IMG/VR virus record: IMGVR_UViG_3300035696_000014
Coordinates: 1-64,000 of that record
DNA from: a virus
DNA length: 64,000 nucleotides
Reading direction: 5' to 3' (one strand)
Numbering within the stretch: the first letter of the stretch is position 1; each line of letters opens with the position of its first letter. Positions 26,015-35,278 of this stretch are shown here, one piece after another. Under the pieces are notes generated by a model, which saw nothing but the letters and a program-made list of their open reading frames with translations, did not search any database and was not told the origin of the DNA. A program made the translations under genes and the position numbers.

Positions 26015-26989
26015 TCACCTGACAATGGTCTTGAAGTACGCGATGGTCTTGTCAAGGCCCTCGCCAAGGTGGACCCTGGGCTCCCACCCGAGCAGCTGTT
26101 TTGCCCTGGTGATGTCGGGGCAACGTTGGGTCGGGTCGTCGATGGGCAACGGCTCGTGCTTGATCGCCGTGCTGCACTTCAGCTTGGCATGGACCCGGGA
26201 CGCCAGCTCCATCACCGTGAACTCGATTGGGTTGCCCAGGTTGATGGGACTGCGTGGGTTGTCAGGCAGCTCGCCCAACGCGACGATGCCCCGGATCAGG
26301 TCGTCCACGTAGCAGAACGACCGGCTCTGTTGCCCATCGCCGTAGACCGTCAGCGGCTCGTCCTTCAAGGCCTGGCGAATGAAGTTGCTGACGACGCGGC
26401 CGTCGAACGGGTCCATGTTGGGACCGTAGGTGTTGAAGATCCTGACGAGCCTTGCATCGACGCCGACGGTGTTCAGGTAGTCGAAGCACAACGCTTCTGC
26501 GGCTCGCTTGCCCTCATCGTAGCAGGCCCTGGGCCCGTACGAGTTGACCTGTCCCCTGTACGTCTCGGGCTGTGGGCTGCAATCGGGGTCACCGTAGACC
26601 TCTGAAGTAGATGCGTGGACCAACGTACAATCGTAGAAGTAGGCCAGCTTCAGCATCCGTTCAGTGCCGACAACGCACGTCAGCATCGTGTGGACCGGCT
26701 GCTCCTGGTACCTCGGTGGTGAGGCCGGACAGGCGAAGTTGTAGATGAGGTGCAAGCCCTTGTGCTGGTGCTGCCACCCGCCGACATGGTCGCTGACGAT
26801 GGACTTTGTAATGTCACACTCGACGAAGCTGAACCCCTCGTAGGAACACAGGTCCTTCAGGTGCTGTGAGCCGGTCTTGGACGAGCAGAAGTCGTCAATG
26901 CCGAGGACCCGGTCACCCTTTTCCAGGTGGTGTTTCGCCAGGTGCGACCCCAGGAAGCCCGCGGCTCCCGTCACCAGAACGTTCTTCAT
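26015..26989 (-). CDS. UDP-glucuronate decarboxylase (UDP-xylose synthase family)
   Basis: GAAGFLGSHL, ACPASPPRYQ, ASTSEVYGDP, GPRACYDEGKRAAE. Confidence 0.9.
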   Translation of the reverse strand: MKNVLVTGAAGFLGSHLAKHHLEKGDRVLGIDDFCSSKTGSQHLKDLCSYEGFSFVECDITKSIVSDHVGGWQHQHKGLHLIYNFACPASPPRYQEQPVHTMLTCVVGTERMLKLAYFYDCTLVHASTSEVYGDPDCSPQPETYRGQVNSYGPRACYDEGKRAAEALCFDYLNTVGVDARLVRIFNTYGPNMDPFDGRVVSNFIRQALKDEPLTVYGDGQQSRSFCYVDDLIRGIVALGELPDNPRSPINLGNPIEFTVMELASRVHAKLKCSTAIKHEPLPIDDPTQRCPDITRAKQLLGWEPRVHLGEGLDKTIAYFKTIVR

Positions 26990-27329
26990 CTGCAGACACT
27001 ACCACGGGTTCTTCATCCTGTTCAGGGTAGGCTGACTGGAAGATGTCGAGCAGTTCTGCTGCCAACGAACGGGCCTTGTCTTCGTCACGCAACGGGTGGG
27101 TGAACCAGAACTCGAAAGCGTTCTGTACCAAGTAGAAGGACAGCTCAGCGGCGTCCTCCGGCGGCATGCTGATGATGTGGGCCTCGACGAACCTCGACAA
27201 GATCGACAACGCTTCTCCGTCGTATTCGGTCTCCTTGTTGGGGTTGTCAGGGTAACAGATCCCCATCGGGTCGCGCTCGAAGAGGTGTTTAGTGAACTCC
27301 ATGAGCACCTGGGGCTTGCTCTTCCTCAT
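26913..27329 (-). CDS. Hypothetical protein
   Basis: DPMGI...EYDGEA; leaderless start after TAGGAT. Confidence 0.6.
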   Translation of the reverse strand: MRKSKPQVLMEFTKHLFERDPMGICYPDNPNKETEYDGEALSILSRFVEAHIISMPPEDAAELSFYLVQNAFEFWFTHPLRDEDKARSLAAELLDIFQSAYPEQDEEPVVVSADEERSGDGSRGLPGVAPGETPPGKG

Positions 27330-27367
27330 CTCGACATCCTACACCAGGAACTGCATACTTACCCCTC

Positions 27368-28192
27368 ATGAAGCCCCGCCTGTCTGAAGCCGCTGTCGCA
27401 AAGATCATGGAGCACCTGCTCGAACGGTTCGGAGAGCCCATCGGCGACGCTCAGGGAGACCACCAGGCTCCCCCAAGCAAGGGAGGCAAGAAGAAGGACA
27501 TGGGCAACCGCGGTTGGGGAGCCAAGTTCGAGGCCGCAATGCCTGCCGCTTGTGACCAGTGCGGTGGCATGATGGGCCTGGACCAGTGCTGCACCAACTG
27601 CGGCATGATGCCAACGGCGATGGAACCCCCGGCGGGACCGCCGAAGGCTGCGGGCGCCCCGGCTGCCCCCGCAGGCACCGCAGTCGTGGTCGTCAAGAGC
27701 ACCGCGGGTGCAACGGCAGGAGGCGGTGGCAAGATCGCCCAGGGCCTCAAAGTCAAGGACATGGAGGGCATCCCGGCCTCAGGTTCGGGTCGCGGCACCC
27801 AGGGCGCAGCGGCCTCAAGTGCACCGCAGCCCAATGCGCCGCCGTCGAAGCCGATGGGCGGTCCCACACCGATGCCTGCCGAAATGGACGAAGACGAGAT
27901 GGACGAAGAGGCAGCGCCTCCCGCACCCACCAGCGGTTCCACGACCAGCGCTCCGTCGCCGTCCAGCGGCGGTGGCAGCACCAGCAGCACGCCGCCCAGC
28001 ATGGATGAAGAGCTCGATGAAGATGACCTCGGCAACGAGGACGAGTGCGTGGGCATGGACGAGGAGATGGACCTCGATGAGAAGGCACCTCCCGGCCGCG
28101 AGAAGCAGGTCAGGGCCCTGAAGAAGAAGAAGGGCATCAACCCCTTCGCAGTCGCCTGGGCTTCCTACAACAAGAGCCACGGGGACGAGTGA
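27368..28192 (+). CDS. Low-complexity acidic probable internal head protein
   Basis: ATACTTA at 27355-27361; repeated MDE/LDE; basic C-terminal module. Confidence 0.65.
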   Translation: MKPRLSEAAVAKIMEHLLERFGEPIGDAQGDHQAPPSKGGKKKDMGNRGWGAKFEAAMPAACDQCGGMMGLDQCCTNCGMMPTAMEPPAGPPKAAGAPAAPAGTAVVVVKSTAGATAGGGGKIAQGLKVKDMEGIPASGSGRGTQGAAASSAPQPNAPPSKPMGGPTPMPAEMDEDEMDEEAAPPAPTSGSTTSAPSPSSGGGSTSSTPPSMDEELDEDDLGNEDECVGMDEEMDLDEKAPPGREKQVRALKKKKGINPFAVAWASYNKSHGDE

Positions 28193-28674
28193 TGAAGACG
28201 ACGGTCGGCAGGCTCAAAAAGCTCGTCTCTGAGGTCGTGCCCAGGCCGATGAGGGGCCGTGAACGCATCGGCGGCCCGGGGTCTGAGTGGGATGAAGGAC
28301 CTGATGATCGCAACCACCTGATGTGCAAGTGCGGCGGCGAGCGGGTCGTCCCGTTCGGCGACGGCTTCGTCAAGTGCAAGGACTGCGGGCGAACCTGGTA
28401 CAACCTGGACGAGGCTCGCGGACGCGTCAGTCCACAAGAAGTGATGACGACCTTCGAGGACCTCTACATGAACTCGATGCAGTCGGGCCGCAAGGGCGAC
28501 CGGTCGTTCCAGGAGCCAGGCAAGGTCTCGGTCGAGGAGCTGGCGAGCTGGATCGGCGTGACGCCTGAGCAGCTGATGCCGGTGCTGCGGCCAGCGGGCC
28601 TCATCGTCGACCGTCAGGGAAACGTGTCGCCACAGGGGCTGACACCGTCGCCGATGAAGGCCGTCAAGGCCTGA
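28189..28674 (+). CDS. Probable virion protein with Zn ribbon
   Basis: MKTTVGRLKKLVSEV; CKC...CKDC. Confidence 0.6.
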   Translation: MMKTTVGRLKKLVSEVVPRPMRGRERIGGPGSEWDEGPDDRNHLMCKCGGERVVPFGDGFVKCKDCGRTWYNLDEARGRVSPQEVMTTFEDLYMNSMQSGRKGDRSFQEPGKVSVEELASWIGVTPEQLMPVLRPAGLIVDRQGNVSPQGLTPSPMKAVKA

Positions 28675-29185
28675 AGCTCTCCCAGAACTCCTGGAGACCG
28701 TGCAACTCTGGGTGGAAGCCCATCTTCAGCATCTCCTGGTAGGCTGCGTCCTTCGTCCACTTGCAGTTGACGACCCGGTGCATGCCCACTGCCAGGCCCG
28801 TCCTGTCGTGGCCGTGAGTGCAGTGGACCAGGACCCCGACCCTCTCTCCGAGGACAGTCACCGCCGCAGCGAGCGCCTGGGCGTTGGGAGCGACGAAGGT
28901 GTTCTTGACGTTGTCCCACAGATCTTGGTCGCCCTCGGGCTGGATGCTGAGGGTGATGACTTGGACGCCGACAGCTGCAGCGCCTGAGTCGCTGCCCTCG
29001 CTCTCGAAGTTGAGCTTGACGACCTTGTTGATGCCCAGCGACTTCAGGTAGGACCAGTCAGCAGCGGTGACGGGCTGCGCTGACCGCCAGACGCCGGGCT
29101 CGACCTGCGCCAGGTTCTGGACACCGTTCGTCGTCGTGTTGTTGGCCAGGCCCAACACCGCCTTGATCCAGGTCCAGAGGCTCAT
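28664..29185 (-). CDS. Cys-based dual-specificity/tyrosine phosphatase
   Basis: WRSAQP and HCTHGHDRTG (CX5R). Confidence 0.85.
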   Translation of the reverse strand: MSLWTWIKAVLGLANNTTTNGVQNLAQVEPGVWRSAQPVTAADWSYLKSLGINKVVKLNFESEGSDSGAAAVGVQVITLSIQPEGDQDLWDNVKNTFVAPNAQALAAAVTVLGERVGVLVHCTHGHDRTGLAVGMHRVVNCKWTKDAAYQEMLKMGFHPELHGLQEFWESFRP

Positions 29186-29739
29186 CGCATCCCAGAGGTC
29201 GCGGCCATGCTGCGACGCTTGAGCAGGTAGACGTGCCTTTCATGGACGTCACAGATGCCCTGCAACATGTTTGAGATGCCGTCGGTGCGGACGCCCTGGT
29301 CATGCATGCTCTGCAGCATCTCAGTGACGCACTTGATGAAGGCCACTTCGGCCAGCAACGACTTCTTGGCCAGCATCTCAGGGGTCGGGACGCCGTCTTC
29401 CTTGTCACCCATCATGGTGGAAACACGTAGCATCTCTTCGATCTGGGTGCCCAGACAGACGTTCTGCTCGCCACCCATACCGACAGCCTTCTCGGCCACG
29501 TCATCGACCTCTTCGACGATGGTCTTGTAGAGCTGTTCGTACAGCTTATGGTCACCGTAGAACGGGTCGCCCTTGGAGATCCAGTGGTGGGTCTGGTGCA
29601 GCATGCCCAGGTAACGTAGATTCACCAGGATGACGCTGAGCTGCGCATAGGGCATGCCGCCCCATGAGTTCATCTCAGTGTCAGTCCTTGCCGCGACCGG
29701 CTTGGGACCGACGCCCATCAGCTCGGCCAGCCTGCCCAT
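29182..29739 (-). CDS. Dps/ferritin-like protein
   Basis: HWISKGDPFYGDHKLYEQLY...DDVAEK...HERHVYLL. Confidence 0.75.
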   Translation of the reverse strand: MGRLAELMGVGPKPVAARTDTEMNSWGGMPYAQLSVILVNLRYLGMLHQTHHWISKGDPFYGDHKLYEQLYKTIVEEVDDVAEKAVGMGGEQNVCLGTQIEEMLRVSTMMGDKEDGVPTPEMLAKKSLLAEVAFIKCVTEMLQSMHDQGVRTDGISNMLQGICDVHERHVYLLKRRSMAATSGMR

Positions 29740-29746
29740 GAATGCC

Positions 29747-30931
29747 TCAGCTCAGCATCGCGGAGAAGCCGACCTTGGAGATGTCGGTGGGGTGGGTCGA
29801 CCACTTGAGCCGGACGGGCTCGCCGTCAGCGGCCTGACGCTTGTTCCAGTGCTCGCAGAACATGTCCAGCGCTCGCTCGTCGATAGCACGGAAAGAACCA
29901 CCGTGAGGCAGCCAGCCGATGACGGGCATCGCCGTCACCTTGGTGTTGCCCTCGCCGAGGCGGTACTTGCGGATCGCCATCGGCAGCTGGCCTTCCTGGA
30001 TGCGGAACAGCACTTTCGCATGCTCGATGAACTGCTCCGGAGTCACGCGGGACTCGACCAGAGCACGGACGGGGTCATCGACCTCCTTCAGCTCTGGGAG
30101 CGTGTTCTCGTTCAGGGCTTCGTCCAGCTTCTCTTGCTCGGCCTGCTTGTCGAGCCAAGCCAGCGTCTCCCTCAGCGCGTTGCGTTCCATGGCCAGTTCT
30201 TCCTTTTCCTTGATGAGGTCCTTGACGTGCTTCAACAGCTTCGCCGCGTCGACCTCGACCAGCGATGTCGCACGGATGCTGCTGCAGAGCCGGCGGACTG
30301 CCAGCTCTTCCCACGCGTACTCGATGTTGCGGCCGTACTCGTGCATCAGCCGCCACGCCATGTGCTTGTACCAGTTCTCACTGAGATCGGGCACCGGCGC
30401 TTGCTTGGCCGACTTGCCCATCGGCTCTGACAGGCGTCCCTCGATGCCGGGGTCGTGACCCATCGGCTCGACCTTCGGCTGAGCGATGCCCGCCTCGTGG
30501 AGCTTCTTGCGGCGCTTGTAGATCAGCCGCAGCTCATCGTCGTTCTTGAAGGACTTCAGCATCTCACGGACAACCGGGAGCGGGACACGTGAGGCAACGA
30601 TGTGGCGGACCCGTGACTCGGGGTCCTTCGTCAGCTTGCCCAGGAACTTCTCGGGCACCACGCGGGCTGCAAACTCGCGGACCGCCGGGTGACGGTGGTC
30701 AAGGAAGCCCGTGGTGACGAGGGGCGTGAAGTCCATGTTGCTCGACCGACCAGTGCGGTCCAGGACGTCCATCCACGCGTTGGCGCTGGCCGTCACTTCT
30801 TCAAGCTTGCCTTCGATGATGACGGCAGGACCCAAGACGCGCTTGATCTCCTGCTTCAGTGCTTCGACGGCCCTCTCTTCGTCGAGGGTCCGCTTGACGA
30901 CGGCTTGTAGCTCTCCGAGGTTCAGTCGCAT
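29747..30931 (-). CDS. Probable virion protein with LRV/HEAT-like repeats
   Basis: MRLNLGELQAVVKRTLDEE; ATACTTA at 30952-30958. Confidence 0.65.
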   Translation of the reverse strand: MRLNLGELQAVVKRTLDEERAVEALKQEIKRVLGPAVIIEGKLEEVTASANAWMDVLDRTGRSSNMDFTPLVTTGFLDHRHPAVREFAARVVPEKFLGKLTKDPESRVRHIVASRVPLPVVREMLKSFKNDDELRLIYKRRKKLHEAGIAQPKVEPMGHDPGIEGRLSEPMGKSAKQAPVPDLSENWYKHMAWRLMHEYGRNIEYAWEELAVRRLCSSIRATSLVEVDAAKLLKHVKDLIKEKEELAMERNALRETLAWLDKQAEQEKLDEALNENTLPELKEVDDPVRALVESRVTPEQFIEHAKVLFRIQEGQLPMAIRKYRLGEGNTKVTAMPVIGWLPHGGSFRAIDERALDMFCEHWNKRQAADGEPVRLKWSTHPTDISKVGFSAMLS

Positions 30932-30963
30932 GCGGGCACGGCTCCTGGGGGTAAGTATGGCCC

Positions 30964-31185
30964 TCAGGGGCGTCCCTTCTTCATTGGACCAGCCAGCCCC
31001 ATCTTCTTCATCCAGGAGTTGATGCTGTGCTTGACGTCATCAGGCACCAGGACCGACTTCTTCTGGTAGACAGGATCGTCCTCGAGGAGCTCAGAGTAGG
31101 TCTCATCGGGGCGTGTACCGCCCCAACAATCCGGCTCGATCTCCTCGAGAAGGATCCTGCGTAGCTCGCCGAGCGTCGTCCTCAC
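30964..31185 (-). CDS. Small probable virion protein
   Basis: MRTTLGELRRILLEEIE; CTAGTTA at 31192-31198. Confidence 0.65.
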   Translation of the reverse strand: MRTTLGELRRILLEEIEPDCWGGTRPDETYSELLEDDPVYQKKSVLVPDDVKHSINSWMKKMGLAGPMKKGRP

Positions 31186-31204
31186 GGACGATAACTAGGC
31201 GAGT

Positions 31205-31735
31205 TCAGCCCTCACGTGGGATGTAGATGTCCCAGTCGTCGTGCCAACCGTCACCCCGCAGGGCATCCCAGAAGTGCAGAGGAGACGGGTTCGCCGGCTT
31301 CTTCAGCAGCTTCATGCCTGCTTCTTCGGGGGTCTGGCAGTCCTTGCGTCGGTTGCACGGACGGCATGCCGACACGCAGTTGAGCCACGACGTTCCACCA
31401 CCACGAGCCTGAGGCATCACGTGGTCGATGGTGATGGTCTGCCAGCCGAGCTTGCACCCGCAGTACTGGCACTTCCAACCATCACGGTTGAACAGCACCT
31501 TCTTGCGGAAGCGCGGCGGCTTCCACTTCTTGTTGACCCGCTTGAACAGCCGGATCGTCGCCGGGACGTTGATCGAGGTGGAGGGTGAGCTCCAGATCTC
31601 ATCCCAGACCGACGGTTTGCCCGTCTGGAAGTTGGTGACGACCTCGGCACGCCCCTTGTAGAAGAGGATAATCGCTTCCTCGTCTGACACGAAGTGCAGG
31701 GGTGTCCAGTCGGCATTGAGCAGCAAGGCTCTCAC
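31205..31735 (-). CDS. HNH endonuclease
   Basis: RDGWKCQYCG, TIDHVMP, NCVSACRPCN. Confidence 0.9.
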   Translation of the reverse strand: MRALLLNADWTPLHFVSDEEAIILFYKGRAEVVTNFQTGKPSVWDEIWSSPSTSINVPATIRLFKRVNKKWKPPRFRKKVLFNRDGWKCQYCGCKLGWQTITIDHVMPQARGGGTSWLNCVSACRPCNRRKDCQTPEEAGMKLLKKPANPSPLHFWDALRGDGWHDDWDIYIPREG

Positions 31736-31802
31736 GGTACGTCACGTCTCCCATCTCGCCAGTTGTCACAATCCTATACCTACCACGCACGACTTTGCAC
31801 CG

Positions 31803-32132
31803 TCATTTGCTGCTGAAACTTTGTCCGCAGCCACACCGTGATGCCTCGTGGGGGTTCTCGAAGTCGAAACCCTGCTTCATGAGGGTCTTGGTCCAGTTCA
31901 CCGTCGAGCCCGACAGCATCAGTGCAGACTTCTTGTCGACGAAGAAGGTCACCCCGTCGACCGTCCACTCGTTGTCACCCGCCCTGGGAGGGTCGTCCTC
32001 GAACTGGATGACGTATTGCATGCCGGAGCAGGCGCCGCCCTTGACACCGAGACGGATGCCCCGTGCAGGGCGCTTGGCCAGCTGCTGCTTGAAGGCCCCC
32101 AGGGCGTCGGGAGAAAACTCAATGATGGCCAC
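31803..32132 (-). CDS. IscA/HesB Fe-S cluster carrier
   Basis: GGACSGMQY and NP...CGCGQSF. Confidence 0.9.
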   Translation of the reverse strand: MAIIEFSPDALGAFKQQLAKRPARGIRLGVKGGACSGMQYVIQFEDDPPRAGDNEWTVDGVTFFVDKKSALMLSGSTVNWTKTLMKQGFDFENPHEASRCGCGQSFSSK

Positions 32133-32167
32133 GATGGGGTAACCGTAAGGCCCATCGTGCAGATGTT

Positions 32168-33121
32168 TCAGGCCATCGCGAAGTCGAAAGACACCTCGCC
32201 CGTGTCAGCGTCCATGGTGCACTGGGCACCGACTGGAACAGGGATCGTCCAGGGCCCGTGCGAGAAGCTGTAGCCATAGACGCAGGGAGGCCCATCGCTG
32301 AGGTACTCGACCAGGACGTCGTCGATGCTGGGCACCTTGAGCTCACGCTTCTTGGGCACGTCGCAGAACTCACCGACCACGATGCCGGCGACCTTGTCCA
32401 GCACTCCCGCCAGCTTGCAGTGGATCAGCAGCCTTGCAATGACTTCACCGTCCTTGTGAACGTCCTCGATGAAGAGGATGGCGCCGGTGGGGTCTGGGCA
32501 GAAGGGCGAACCAAGCAGGGTGCAGAAGGTGTCGAGATTGCCACCGATGACGTGGCCACGGGCCTTGCCCGGCGACACCGTCCTGGGCAGGTACTGGTTG
32601 ATGCTGAAGGGTGCGTTGCCCCACACCCCATCGGTCATCATGAACTCAGTGGCGAAACGTAGGGACTCCTCGTCAGTGTGACGCAGGTAGTCACCCTCAT
32701 CGATGCGGATCGCCGGGTACTGCCCGTTGATGCTGATCAGGCCCGAGCCCGCCAGGATGCCGTTGTTGAGGGCGGTGATGTCGCTGAGGCCGATCAAGGG
32801 CCGACGGCTCTGGCGGATCGCGCCGTAGTCGAGGTAGGGCAACAGCTCGCCGCTGCCCATCCCACCCAGGCAGGTGTAGATCCCCTCGATGCCGGGTTCA
32901 GTGAAGGCCCACATCAGCTCCTCAACGCGGTCCATCAGCGGTGCCGAGTGGATGTCGATGGTGTTGAGGTTCCTGACGCACTGGCCCAAGACGGGTTCCA
33001 GGCCGCACTCCTTGATGATGTCAAGGCCCGCGACGAGTTCGTCCGTCCTGATGGGCGAAGCAGGGGCAACAATGGCTACCCGTGCACCAGGGTTGATCCT
33101 CTTGGGCGCGATGTAGGGCAT
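32168..33121 (-). CDS. LD-carboxypeptidase / MccF (peptidase S66)
   Basis: GLSDIT, LFIED, FSHG triad; start MPYI 6 nt after ATACTTA (33128-33134). Confidence 0.9.
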   Translation of the reverse strand: MPYIAPKRINPGARVAIVAPASPIRTDELVAGLDIIKECGLEPVLGQCVRNLNTIDIHSAPLMDRVEELMWAFTEPGIEGIYTCLGGMGSGELLPYLDYGAIRQSRRPLIGLSDITALNNGILAGSGLISINGQYPAIRIDEGDYLRHTDEESLRFATEFMMTDGVWGNAPFSINQYLPRTVSPGKARGHVIGGNLDTFCTLLGSPFCPDPTGAILFIEDVHKDGEVIARLLIHCKLAGVLDKVAGIVVGEFCDVPKKRELKVPSIDDVLVEYLSDGPPCVYGYSFSHGPWTIPVPVGAQCTMDADTGEVSFDFAMA

Positions 33122-33135
33122 CGACCCTAAGTATG

Positions 33136-34074
33136 TCACTGCGGTGGGATGCGGCGCCGGATCTCCTGCATCGCGAAGTCATACTTGATGGGCTCCGGGA
33201 ACAGGGCGGAGACCTCGAGCAGCTGCTCTCCCGTCAGCCCGGGCATCAACGACCGCAGGAACTCCTGGGCCCGGAAGCCACCCTGGAGGATGAACCTGCG
33301 CTTCAAGCGGTCGTTGTAGATCGCTTGCTTGATCCGCTCGTCAGCGATGGCAGTCTCTTCGCCCCACTTCTCTTTCCAGTCGAGGGCCTTGTGAACGCGG
33401 CCGTAGACGTGTTCCGCTGTCGCCGGTGTCACCGCGGTGTAGCCCTTGCGGTTGACCCACTTGAAGAAGCGGTTGATGGTCCACGGTGACGCCCAGGTCG
33501 ACACATGGAGCATGTTGCCGCTCTCCAGCAGCTCCCAGTGCTCGGGGGTCACGCACACGGTGTTGGTGAAGGCGACGGCACCGTTGAAGATGTCGAACGC
33601 ATGGATCTGCTCTTCCAGCGGCTTCACCCAACGGTGGACGACCTGGATGCGAGCGTCTCCCTCGACCAGGTACTCGACCGCAGCGCCCGTCAGGGTCGGG
33701 TTCACCTCGATGCCGTACTGCAGGCAGGCGTTGGGAACCCGAGCGTCGTTCATGAACCGGGTCACCGCCTCTTGCGACGGGAACCATACATCGATGTCAC
33801 CGCAGCCTGCGTTGACGAACTTGCCCTTGCCCTCCGTCTTCGACGGGTAGCCCAGGTGCCGGCGGACGTGCTGCTCGAAGTCCTCATCGCTCTCGCGGTT
33901 GTGCAGCAGGTAGTGCCGGGCCAGGATGGTGCCGAAGCCCCCGGCGATGTAGCCACCGTGCTCGAACATGATGCCCAGCAACCCACGGGTGGTGCCCTTC
34001 AGGATCCGCTGGTTCTTGAGGTCGTCCAGCAGCGGCATCGGGAGCTTGGTGTAGAAGAACTTCAGGTTTTCCAT
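33136..34074 (-). CDS. Divergent nucleotidyltransferase-fold protein
   Basis: YIAGG...GDIDVWF...IQVV...FD. Confidence 0.55.
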   Translation of the reverse strand: MENLKFFYTKLPMPLLDDLKNQRILKGTTRGLLGIMFEHGGYIAGGFGTILARHYLLHNRESDEDFEQHVRRHLGYPSKTEGKGKFVNAGCGDIDVWFPSQEAVTRFMNDARVPNACLQYGIEVNPTLTGAAVEYLVEGDARIQVVHRWVKPLEEQIHAFDIFNGAVAFTNTVCVTPEHWELLESGNMLHVSTWASPWTINRFFKWVNRKGYTAVTPATAEHVYGRVHKALDWKEKWGEETAIADERIKQAIYNDRLKRRFILQGGFRAQEFLRSLMPGLTGEQLLEVSALFPEPIKYDFAMQEIRRRIPPQ

Positions 34075-34817
34075 GTGATGTCCTCCCATCCTTTGAACCG
34101 CTGCTGCATCACCTCGAGCGCCTGTGGGTTGATGTCGGCCAGGACGAAGCTGCGGCCGTGCTTGTGTGCCGCCTCTCCGGTGGTGCCGCTGCCGGCGAAG
34201 ACGTCCATGACAACGCCACCGGGCGGGCTGGAGGCAAGGACCGCGCGCTCGACGAGCTTGACGGGCTTCTGGGTCGGGTAGCCCGTCCGCTCCTTGGCTT
34301 GGGTGCCAACGATCGACATCCACCACACGTCAGTGGGCACCTTGCCCGCTTCCGCCCGCGCAGGATCCTTCTGCAGGCCCGGCGCCATGTACGGGATGCG
34401 GTCGATGGCATCCCAGTTGAAGATGTGCCGGTCCATGTCCTTAACGTAGACCAGGATGGTGTCGTGCTTGCGGGGCCAGCGGTCCTTGCCCCTGCCACCG
34501 TAGTCGTAAGCCCAGATCACTTCGTTCAGGAAGTTCTCGGCCCCGAAGATGTTCTCACAGGCGATGCGAGCATAGTGACACCATCGCCAGTCCAGGTGAA
34601 GGTACAGCGTGCCCGTCGGCTTCAACGTCCGGTGCAGCTCGTGGACGTGACGCCACAGGAACTCGTTGTAGTCACGTCGAGTGTCCTCGTACGACATGCC
34701 GTGAGCGGACTGCGTCACTCCCGTCCCAAAGGGCGGATCGATGTAGACCAGGTCCACGCTCTCATCGGGGGTCTGTGCCAGCACCCCCATAGCGTTGCAG
34801 TGCCAGACGGTGTTCAC
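34062..34817 (-). CDS. DNA N6-adenine/N4-cytosine methyltransferase (beta class)
   Basis: DPPF, YPTQKP, FAGSGTT. Confidence 0.9.
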   Translation of the reverse strand: MNTVWHCNAMGVLAQTPDESVDLVYIDPPFGTGVTQSAHGMSYEDTRRDYNEFLWRHVHELHRTLKPTGTLYLHLDWRWCHYARIACENIFGAENFLNEVIWAYDYGGRGKDRWPRKHDTILVYVKDMDRHIFNWDAIDRIPYMAPGLQKDPARAEAGKVPTDVWWMSIVGTQAKERTGYPTQKPVKLVERAVLASSPPGGVVMDVFAGSGTTGEAAHKHGRSFVLADINPQALEVMQQRFKGWEDITWKT

Positions 34818-35278
34818 GACCCAAACGGGTTCTCGATGCCTGACTCGACGAACTGCGGCGCGGTCGCCTCAGCAGGCTCAGCGCCGGTCTCCGGCGGAGG
34901 GGGCACGACGTTGGCCTGAGCCCTGGGCATCGAAGCCATCTTCGCCAGGATCTCTTCCATCTTCTTGGCGAGCTCGTCGGTCGCCGCAGTGCACTGCTCG
35001 ATGATCTGGTTCGTGGCCACCAGACGACGCACCATCTGCGCCTTCTTCGCCGGTGCCCACTTCTTGACGCCCTTCCGCTGCATCAGGTCCTCGAGGCGTT
35101 CCTTGCGAGAGGTTGCCGCCTGAAGCGTGTGCTGGACGTAGGCGAGCTGGTACTGAAGGACCATCGGGTGGTCCTGCGGGATCTCAGCTGGCGTCGGGCC
35201 GGTGATCGGCTTCGTCTCCGAAGAGTCTGACGGAGTCCGGACCAGGTGTCGGTTCTTCAGCAGGGAGGCTCGTGTCAT
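34814..35278 (-). CDS. Hypothetical coiled-coil protein
   Basis: Fits the gene packing. Confidence 0.5.
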   Translation of the reverse strand: MTRASLLKNRHLVRTPSDSSETKPITGPTPAEIPQDHPMVLQYQLAYVQHTLQAATSRKERLEDLMQRKGVKKWAPAKKAQMVRRLVATNQIIEQCTAATDELAKKMEEILAKMASMPRAQANVVPPPPETGAEPAEATAPQFVESGIENPFGS

